Shown here in pieces: positions 1-7,392 of a DNA stretch of 64,000 nt (position 1 is its first letter; every line of letters begins with the position of its first letter). This stretch comes from Candidatus Poribacteria bacterium (lineage in GTDB: Bacteria; Poribacteria; WGA-4E; PCPOR2b), in assembly GCA_965208325.1 (NCBI GenBank), contig OZ242326.1, forward strand, positions 3,520,001-3,584,000, read 5' to 3'. The notes below the pieces were generated by a model, which was given only the letters and a program-made list of their open reading frames with translations, did not search any database and was not told the origin of the DNA. The position numbers were made by a program, and so were the translations under genes.

Positions 1-17
1 TAGATTACGAATTCGGA

Positions 18-629
18 ATGGAGAACAATCGGATGAACATAGAACAACGCTTCGATGAAATCATTGAGAATCGGAATTTGCTCAACCACCCCTTTTATCT
101 AGCTTGGAGCGCAGGCCAGTTGCCCCAAGACGCATTGCGAACATACGCCCGTGAGTACGGCGCCTTCATCGCGCTTGTACCTGATGGTTGGCAAACTTTG
201 AACGAACAGGAAATTGCGCAAGAAGAAAAAGAACATCTCGAACTGTGGGAAGACTTTGCACAAGGACTAGGAACACACGTTGGCGAAGCCCATGTTCCAC
301 AGGTCAAAAATCTGGTTGGCGTCGCACGGTCGCTCTGGGAAAACCCGGAAACTGCACTGGGCGCGCTTTATGCCTTTGAAGCCCAACAGCCCGCCACATC
401 AAAGTCTAAACTCGAAGGGTTGAGAGCGTTTTACCAACTGCCGGATGAAGTAGAGCCTTACTTTGAAATCCACTCTCATAATGAGCACGAATCGGAAAAA
501 CTGCTGCATCGAATGCAACAACTCGCTCCAGACGAACAAGATTCTGCTTTTCAAGCCTGTGAGAAAATGTGCGACGCGCTTTGGTCGGCGCTCAGCGGTA
601 TTTATGATGCGGAATGCGCGGTTAACTAA
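18..629 (+). CDS. CADD/PqqC/TenA-like heme-oxygenase-fold di-iron protein
   Basis: HPFYLAWSAG, EEKEHLELW, ALYAFEAQ and YFEIH..EHE motifs typical of CADD/PqqC-like redox enzymes. Confidence 0.75.
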   Translation: MENNRMNIEQRFDEIIENRNLLNHPFYLAWSAGQLPQDALRTYAREYGAFIALVPDGWQTLNEQEIAQEEKEHLELWEDFAQGLGTHVGEAHVPQVKNLVGVARSLWENPETALGALYAFEAQQPATSKSKLEGLRAFYQLPDEVEPYFEIHSHNEHESEKLLHRMQQLAPDEQDSAFQACEKMCDALWSALSGIYDAECAVN

Positions 630-847
630 CGCTCAATATTAAACCGGTATTCCGGGCGCTACAAATGGCTGAAGGCATGAGCAACGGCATTCTTCTCTCA
701 TTAAATTTCAGTCTGCTATGCCCCTAGATTTCCAGTCCACAAACCTCACCTACCCGTGTACGGTTGAGAGCTATTTTGTATAATCAGATGACAGTTTAAT
801 CGTTGATACGCTCAACTGCTTATATGGAATTACAATATACGGCAACT

Positions 848-1231
848 TTAGTAGCTGTTAGACTCATCTGATTTGGGATCCGATCCAAGTCGCAAAACGA
901 GATTATCAAGGTCTTCCACTTTCATTTCGCACGACTAGACGTAGTTTGTTGGAACCTCTCGAATCGTAGCACCGCTCACCTAGTATTCTTCATATAACTT
1001 CTCGACATACTCGACACTTATCCAAGTCCAGGTTGCAGCTTGTCCATGATCGCCGTGGCATAGGATTATATGACAGTGGCCGCGTGATACAGACCCAAAG
1101 CCTGGCGGATCTCTCCAATCCCAATCCTTCTTAAAACCGAGCACTTTTACATAATAGTCGATACTGGCTGGAACATTCTTGAAATTGAAGACGGGTATGA
1201 TACACGCAAACTTGGTTTCTGTCCTTTTCAT
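848..1231 (-). pseudogene. VOC/glyoxalase (bleomycin-resistance-like) protein with two in-frame TAG stops
   Basis: N-terminal PVF..NVPASIDYYVKVLGF. Reading through TAG at 980-982 and TAG at 935-937 gives VSGATIREVPTNYV*SCEMKVEDLDNLVLRLGSDP, a normal VOC C-terminus ending at TAA 848-850. Confidence 0.75.
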
Positions 1232-1294
1232 TGCATCCGCACTCCGCCTTTCAAGAATTCCATTCAGTCAGAATTGTGTCCGCAAGTGTTGACC

Positions 1295-1324
1295 ATTATG
1301 GCACAATTGGCCGTATTGTGTCAA
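1295..1324 (-). promoter_or_regulatory. sigma70-type promoter for the VOC gene
   Basis: TTGACA-N18-CATAAT on the minus strand. Confidence 0.5.
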
Positions 1325-1428
1325 ACAGTATTCCCCACCCACTGGCATACGTAACAAACGCTTTAGTCTTCTTTCTCGCCTCGATTTCCCACTCAACAAA
1401 TTTCCCGCTGAATTTTTCGTAAAATCTG

Positions 1429-1457
1429 TGAACTTTTCATTTCCTTGCGGTGTCATT
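1429..1457 (+). promoter_or_regulatory. candidate ECF (sigmaE-like) promoter upstream of the sigma/mini-RNAP operon
   Basis: TGAACTT-N16-GTCATT resembles the sigmaE consensus GGAACTT-N16-GTCnnA. Confidence 0.5.
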
Positions 1458-1568
1458 TAGAATGGAAGCTTACCAGATGACCTATCGCCCCGCCTTTCGC
1501 CGGTAATTCTGAAAAGCAATATCAAAATGTCCTGAACCTAAGTCGGTACTTTCTTAAGCTGATGAGCA

Positions 1569-2174
1569 TTGATATTACAATCCGATGAACTTCTCATTGA
1601 TAAGATTCTTCAACGCGATGCGGAGGCGTTTGAAGTGCTTTGGGCACGATATAGCGCGTCCGTCCGCCAACACATCATACGCACCGTACAGGACGAAAGT
1701 GCGGCCGAGGATTTGGTTCAGGAAGCATTCTTGCGTCTATGGACATCCGCTGAACAGTGGGACGGACGCGGTAGTTTCAAGGGGTGGTTCTTCCGCATCG
1801 CTACAAATCTCGCTCTCAATTATCTGCGCGCGCTGCGGCGGCGGAAGCAACAGCCCCTCGAATTACCGCCGGATGATTTTGATGATGCGGACGAATCCGC
1901 GCCCGATCCGGATTGGATGATTGACACGTCAATACGTAGCCCCGACGCGATGTTAGTACAAGCCGAGCAGTCTAATTTGCTTTGGCGGCTTGTTGAAGAA
2001 CTCCCCGAAGATAAACGAGACGTGCTTCAGCTTGTATACCTGAAAGAGATGAATCTTCGCGACGTTGCCGCTGAGATTGGCGTCCCGGAAGGCACTGTAA
2101 AGTCGCGTTTACACTATTCGATTCGGCGCCTCGCTCAAGAATGGAAGGAGATTGCAGACGAAAACGAAGAATAG
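1569..2174 (+). CDS. ECF sigma-70 family factor
   Basis: Region 2 AEDLVQEAFLRLW...FKGWFFRIATNLALNYLR and region 4 LPEDKRDVLQL...VAAEIGVPEGTVKSRLH; TTG start. Confidence 0.95.
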   Translation: MILQSDELLIDKILQRDAEAFEVLWARYSASVRQHIIRTVQDESAAEDLVQEAFLRLWTSAEQWDGRGSFKGWFFRIATNLALNYLRALRRRKQQPLELPPDDFDDADESAPDPDWMIDTSIRSPDAMLVQAEQSNLLWRLVEELPEDKRDVLQLVYLKEMNLRDVAAEIGVPEGTVKSRLHYSIRRLAQEWKEIADENEE

Positions 2175-2221
2175 AGTAAGTGAGTAGGCGAGCGGAAGCG
2201 CAGCAAAGGCTATTTCTCGCC

Positions 2222-2263
2222 ACGCATTACGCATTACGCATTACGTATTACGCATTACGTATT
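2222..2263. repeat. tandem heptamer (ACGYATT)x6
   Basis: acgcatt acgcatt acgcatt acgtatt acgcatt acgtatt read directly. Confidence 0.9.
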
Positions 2264-2315
2264 CCACATCACGATTCACACTACACGAAATTCCCAATGG
2301 GAGGAGGAGACCGCA

Positions 2316-5300
2316 ATGTCACACAACGTCACCGCATTTTGGCACAAAGAATCTTTTGGCAAACTGATGGGCAATCGGTTGCCAGGGCTACTCGCCGAGC
2401 GATTACCGTTAGCTGGCTTCCATTTTGAATCTGTCAGTGCTTACACCGGTTGTATCAAAATCTCCCTCACGTCAACTGATGGCGACGTTGAAGTTGAATA
2501 CGCCGACATACCGCAGCCGGACGATGAAGGGATGTTCAAAATCGACGGAGAAAATTATGTAGTTGTTCCAACGGCTTCGACCCATAAACTTAAAAAGGCA
2601 AAAATAAGATGTGTTGGGGACCAACTATACAGTTATTTCAAAATGCGCTTGAAGGGTGCTTCCCTAGACCTGTCGTGGGAAGCAGCTTCTGTACGGTCAT
2701 GGCTCCCACTTGATGAATGGTCACAGCAATTTTTTCGCGACACATTTCACGCACAGAAACTACAGGAGACCAACTGGCTCGACAAGTATAGGCATCTTCG
2801 ACGGTTATACGTTCTGAACCGCGAGAAGGTGTTCACCCCCTCCCACTTCGGGCGGGCATGCCCTTTCGAGACGCCAGAGGGACCAAACATAGGTCGAATC
2901 CTTACGATTGCTAGGGGCGCCGAGATTCGCGGCGGAAAACTGGTCGTTGTTGATGAAAACCCAGAGGCAAACCTCGGCATAGCATCGGCAATGATCCCAT
3001 TTCTTGAACACAACGATCCTGCCCGGACAATGATGGGGGCTAACATGTTGTGTCAGTGGATGGCGCCTTCGTCTCCGGAGACAGCTCCACTACGCCAAGC
3101 CAAAGAGATTCCGAGGTTGGCTGCTGCTCCGGAGCCCGCACTTGTCCAAACGGGTTACGAACCGGATGTGCCTGACTTTTGGTGCGGTCGCAACCTATTG
3201 ACCGCTTTCATTTCATGGGGCGGCGATACCTTTGAAGACGGCATCGTGATAAGCCAGTCGTGCGCAGCGCGTCTGGATTTTCCTTACGCCGTTGAACCCG
3301 GCGATAAGATTGGCAACCGCCATGGAACGAAAGGGGTCGTTTCGCGCATCCTGCCTGACGATGAGATGCCGCACCTTGACGACGGTACACCGGTGGAACT
3401 TGTATTCAGTTTCGGTGGCTTACACGCGCTAATGAACGTCGGTCAATTACGAGAGGCGGTGATGGGGCGTATTGCACGATTGGAAAATAAGCCAGCAATC
3501 GTGACGCCATTCCACGCACCGAGTGCAGGCGAATTACGCGAACGCATCAAAAACGCAGGACTTCCCGAAGACGGCATGGAGATCCTCACACTTGGGCGAG
3601 ACGGTAAGAAGTTGGCAAGACCTAGCACAGTGGGTTGGGTTTACTGGGGACGTCTGGCTCACATTGCGTTAGATAAAATAAAAGCATCCGACTCAACCAA
3701 TATTGAAGACCATAGGTACTTCCAAACGCTCGGTGAACTTGAATACGATAGACTACGCAGCGCCTCAGTATTTGAAACATTGAGGGAACATTTTAACACA
3801 CGCGCCATGAATCGGACTGATGCGTATACGTTAGCGGAGCGCCTCGCAATAGGCGAAATTGAGCAGGCGGACCCACCGACGCCGATGTTCGCTAACCTCA
3901 CGAACCGGCTCTCGGCAGCAGGAATTCGGGTTGTATTCAGCGGCGGCAAGTTGACTTTTGGATTTGCGCCGCCGAATGGGAATACGCTCAAGCTTGCTCA
4001 GCCCGTCCCTCATCCGTGGTGCCGCGATCAATTCCTTGATGAGGTCGGTATCCGTGAAGACATCCCTGAATATCACGGACTTGCCGATGTTAACGCCAGG
4101 ACTGAACGGATGCTTGCGAGTCGTACACCGGCAAGTCTAACCCGCCAATCCCTCAAGCAGCTCCAAACGCGCGTGGCAGAATATGTCAATGCGCTCCTAA
4201 GTCCAACTGTCATGAACTTTAAGTCACGGAGCCTCTTCAGCGGACGCGCCGTCATTGCGCCGTCCGCAGAGTTGCGCGCTGATCAGGTCGGTATTCCGGT
4301 AGAGATGGCGTGGTCACTCTTTGGACATCATGTTACAAAGAGACTTGGTGGAGCAGAGGAAGTACGGCGGCGTAGTCAAGATGCAACACATGTCCTGGAT
4401 GAATTGATGGCGGGTTCGTGGGTAATTATGCTTCGTCCACCGGCACATACACTCACTAACCTTGTTGCGTTTCATCCGGTGCGGCACCCCGACCGCGTCA
4501 TCCGCGTGCACCCATTCGTGTGCGAGTTGATGAACGCCAATTTTGACGGCGATCAAGCAGCAGTCTTTCTCCCAATCACTGAAAGCGGACAACGCGAAGC
4601 CGGTGAACGGCTTTCCATCGCCGGGCATCTGAAATACGACCCAAGTTTATCCAAATTGCTGGCACCGACGCATGACGCGATGTGGGGATTGGCGCATTTA
4701 AGCCTCACCCCGGAAGGGCGCGGCGAAATCGCGGAGATTATCGGCACCGACATCCCCGCCCCACACGGTCTGGTTAGACAAGATTCGCTGGCAAAGTCAC
4801 TAGAAGCCATCCTCAAATGCGATGGAATAGACCGCACGATTGAAATAGCCGAACGTCTAATGCGGCGCGGGCTCGCAATTGCTAAGGAATCGGGTGCTTC
4901 CATGAGCGCATTCATCAGCAGCCCCGCCGGCAGTCCATCCGTCCCGGTAGATCCCGACGATGCACCCGCTTGGAACGCTTATGCTGAAGAGCTGGTCGAA
5001 TGGCTTGCCGCGTGTAACGACTTCGCAGACAACAACTTGGGACCGCACATCCTTGCGGCAAAAAGCCAACACGCACATAGTAGATTTCATCGAATCGCTT
5101 GTTGTGTCGGGGGGAGAGGTACGGTTTTGGACCTTCAAGGAAGAAATATCATCGTTCGCAACGGGTATAGCGACGGTTTAACACCCGAGGAACTTTACCC
5201 GCTTTCCGTCACTTCGCGGGAGGAGATTGTGCGGCTCAATTTGGAACGGCAACGGATAGAATTGGAATTGCGCAACGACAGTGAGCCGGCAGGATTCACC

Positions 5301-5435
5301 GTCCTAGTGCGTGCAATGCGTGCCAAACACCCAGGTTTCGTTTTCGCCCGAGCCGCTGCTACCGGCGAGACCGATCCGCTTACTGATGTGGACAGCCGTC
5401 TTTTCGTCGGGCTACCTGTATCAACGGAGGAGTGA
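2316..5435 (+). CDS. single-chain minimal RNA polymerase beta/beta' fusion-like protein (two-barrel fold) with variant catalytic motif NANFDGD
   Basis: beta motifs HFGRACPFETPEGPNIG, IPFLEHNDPARTMMGANM, FEDGIVIS, GDKIGNRHGTKGVVSRILP..EMPHLDDGTPVEL. Then beta' motifs LAQPVPHPW, FSGRAVI, GIPVEMAWSLF, HPFVCELMNANFDGDQAAVFLP and C-terminal AAATGETDPL....LFVG. GGAGGAGG SD before ATG 2316. Confidence 0.93.
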   Translation: MSHNVTAFWHKESFGKLMGNRLPGLLAERLPLAGFHFESVSAYTGCIKISLTSTDGDVEVEYADIPQPDDEGMFKIDGENYVVVPTASTHKLKKAKIRCVGDQLYSYFKMRLKGASLDLSWEAASVRSWLPLDEWSQQFFRDTFHAQKLQETNWLDKYRHLRRLYVLNREKVFTPSHFGRACPFETPEGPNIGRILTIARGAEIRGGKLVVVDENPEANLGIASAMIPFLEHNDPARTMMGANMLCQWMAPSSPETAPLRQAKEIPRLAAAPEPALVQTGYEPDVPDFWCGRNLLTAFISWGGDTFEDGIVISQSCAARLDFPYAVEPGDKIGNRHGTKGVVSRILPDDEMPHLDDGTPVELVFSFGGLHALMNVGQLREAVMGRIARLENKPAIVTPFHAPSAGELRERIKNAGLPEDGMEILTLGRDGKKLARPSTVGWVYWGRLAHIALDKIKASDSTNIEDHRYFQTLGELEYDRLRSASVFETLREHFNTRAMNRTDAYTLAERLAIGEIEQADPPTPMFANLTNRLSAAGIRVVFSGGKLTFGFAPPNGNTLKLAQPVPHPWCRDQFLDEVGIREDIPEYHGLADVNARTERMLASRTPASLTRQSLKQLQTRVAEYVNALLSPTVMNFKSRSLFSGRAVIAPSAELRADQVGIPVEMAWSLFGHHVTKRLGGAEEVRRRSQDATHVLDELMAGSWVIMLRPPAHTLTNLVAFHPVRHPDRVIRVHPFVCELMNANFDGDQAAVFLPITESGQREAGERLSIAGHLKYDPSLSKLLAPTHDAMWGLAHLSLTPEGRGEIAEIIGTDIPAPHGLVRQDSLAKSLEAILKCDGIDRTIEIAERLMRRGLAIAKESGASMSAFISSPAGSPSVPVDPDDAPAWNAYAEELVEWLAACNDFADNNLGPHILAAKSQHAHSRFHRIACCVGGRGTVLDLQGRNIIVRNGYSDGLTPEELYPLSVTSREEIVRLNLERQRIELELRNDSEPAGFTVLVRAMRAKHPGFVFARAAATGETDPLTDVDSRLFVGLPVSTEE

Positions 5436-5472
5436 TACATTGTCGTGAACACAAGCAATATCCGTGATTCAG

Positions 5473-6279
5473 TCATTCATCAAACACTTCACTGCCGATT
5501 GAGCCGCCGGCATTCATCGCCAAATTGCCGCCGTCCATCGGAATTATCGCACCGGTAATCCATGAAGACTCGTCCGATGCGAGAAATACCGCCAGGCCGC
5601 GAATGTCGTCAGGGCGGCCGAATCGTCCCATTGGAATGCCGCTGAGGAACCGATCCTTAATTCGCGGATCAGCGTCGATGCGTTTCTGCAAATCTGGGTT
5701 TAATACTTGTGCGGGTAAAATCGCATTGACCCGCACACCGCGTCCCGACCATTCGGTGCTCAGTTCCCGTGTCATCTGGACAACCGCACCCATCGCCATG
5801 CTGTATGCGATGTGCCCGCGGCCCATACCCGTGATGCTCGCCAGAGAACCGAGACTTACGATGCTCCCACTTCCAGCGGCAAGCATCCGCCGACCGGCTT
5901 CCTGACAACAACAGAATCTGCCATAGACAAGGTTGCGCCAAGTCTGTTCAACGTCTTCTAACGAGATAACCTCCGGTTTTGCTCGGATCGCTTCGCCCGC
6001 GACATTACCTAGAAAATCGATCCGACCAAATTCCTCGTCCACTCGTGCAAACATGGCGCGAATTTGATCCGGATGCGATACGTCACAATCAACAGCGATG
6101 GCGCGGCGTCCCATCTCCCTGATTTCGCCAGCAGTCTTCACCGCACCAGCCAAGTCAATATCCGCAAGCATCAAGCCCGCACCCGCCTCTGCCAAAGCTA
6201 ACGACATCGCACGACCCATGCCGCTTGCCGCTCCCGATACAACTGCAACTCGTCCGGCAAGATTGAACATCTCCGTCAT
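5473..6279 (-). CDS. SDR family NAD(P)-dependent oxidoreductase
   Basis: SGAASGMG Rossmann motif, GVRVNAILP, ITGAIIPMDGG; YxxxK appears as YSMAM. Confidence 0.9.
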   Translation of the reverse strand: MTEMFNLAGRVAVVSGAASGMGRAMSLALAEAGAGLMLADIDLAGAVKTAGEIREMGRRAIAVDCDVSHPDQIRAMFARVDEEFGRIDFLGNVAGEAIRAKPEVISLEDVEQTWRNLVYGRFCCCQEAGRRMLAAGSGSIVSLGSLASITGMGRGHIAYSMAMGAVVQMTRELSTEWSGRGVRVNAILPAQVLNPDLQKRIDADPRIKDRFLSGIPMGRFGRPDDIRGLAVFLASDESSWITGAIIPMDGGNLAMNAGGSIGSEVFDE

Positions 6280-6396
6280 AATCCCCTCTCTGTTTTCATT
6301 TTAAATCCAATTACGCTCTCATAGTTGGTGACCGGGATTGAAGCCCTTCTATTTCGTGATGCCTTGGCGTGGATTCAACTCTTTAATCGCTAACAC

Positions 6397-6424
6397 ATTT
6401 TACACACTGCGCCAAGCGTGTCAA
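6397..6424 (-). promoter_or_regulatory. sigma70-type promoter for the SDR gene
   Basis: TTGACA-N16-TAAAAT on the minus strand. Confidence 0.5.
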
Positions 6425-6811
6425 GATGAGAAAATCAGGATTAACACGAAAGACCGCAAGCAAACGTCATTAAGATTGGCGGCTGTTTTTACCTGTTGAC
6501 TCTTTCCTTTCCAATCAACGATACAAGTTTTTCTGCAACTGGAAAGTCCTTTCGAACTTCTCTGTCCGCTGCTTCTATCGTCTCTCGTAGGGCTCGATTT
6601 GCCTGAACGGCGCCGGCTCCATTGCTTTGCACCTGCTTGTCAATTAAGATTGTAATCGACGCCGCTTCGACAATTTCATGCCGCCGGCCGCACACGGTTC
6701 TCTGTTCAATTTAATCCCCGACAAGTGCGAATTTCACCGAATTAAACTATTTTCTTTCGCTCTCGGTCTATAAGTAACGCAAATTCAACTCAAACGCTTG
6801 GAGGACTTACT

Positions 6812-7219
6812 ATGCACAACCCGTTTGACTGGTCCCTTAGACCAGCCGATCTGAATACATCAACGACGCAGGCGCTTCCACTTATGTCATTGGCAGAAAA
6901 CCTTATGAAAGAAGCAACGCTTAAGGCGTCCGGGCGGTCCGCGCTGACATTAGCCCGCGGCGATGAGCTTACGGTGGTATTGGCCGTACTCAAAGCCGGA
7001 CATGAACTCGCCGAGCATCCCGCGCCAGCCGCAGCCACCGTCACTTGCCTCGGCGGAAACATCTCGTTTAATACTGACGCTGAGAGAATTACGCTAGAGC
7101 AAGGCGAGGCAGTTGTTTTTACCGCCGATGTCCTTCACTCTGTTTACGCCAACGAGGACAGTGTGTTTTTAACCGTAATTGGCGGCGCAGAGGCTAAACA
7201 CAACCAATGCAGCCAATAG
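6812..7219 (+). CDS. cupin domain protein
   Basis: LKAGHELAEHPAP...LEQGEAVVF...HSVYANEDS; GGAGG SD. Confidence 0.8.
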   Translation: MHNPFDWSLRPADLNTSTTQALPLMSLAENLMKEATLKASGRSALTLARGDELTVVLAVLKAGHELAEHPAPAAATVTCLGGNISFNTDAERITLEQGEAVVFTADVLHSVYANEDSVFLTVIGGAEAKHNQCSQ

Positions 7220-7392
7220 CGAATTTTATTCGATAACCATAGACCACTATGATGCGTTTAACCATTTCTCAATTTACTCGCCTTTTCCTGATTGTCATCG
7301 CAATTTGCGCCGCAGAAATTTGCCACGGCAAAAGCGGTGCATTCCGTTTGGTTGGTCTGGGTGCTTAGGGATGCTACGTCTCCGGCTGCTGC

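Noticed and set aside
18..629. Functional link of the CADD-like gene to folP or to the mini-RNAP module
   Set aside because: folP is 53 kb away in its usual ftsH context, and a convergent pseudogene separates this gene from the sigma operon
848..1231. Amber recoding or pyrrolysine readthrough in the VOC gene
   Set aside because: TAG ends normal genes in the window (sigma, atuA, dcd), so pseudogenisation is simpler
2180..2428. 82-aa ORF as an anti-sigma factor
   Set aside because: It is a translation of the heptamer repeat, overlaps the RNAP-like ORF out of frame, and has no ZAS or TM motif
2316..5435. Housekeeping rpoB/rpoC or a simple rpoB pseudogene
   Set aside because: Less than half the expected length, one uninterrupted ORF with domain-precise deletions, and no ribosomal gene context
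6489..6720. 68-aa minus-strand ORF
   Set aside because: No SD or family motif; possibly a gene remnant but unsupported
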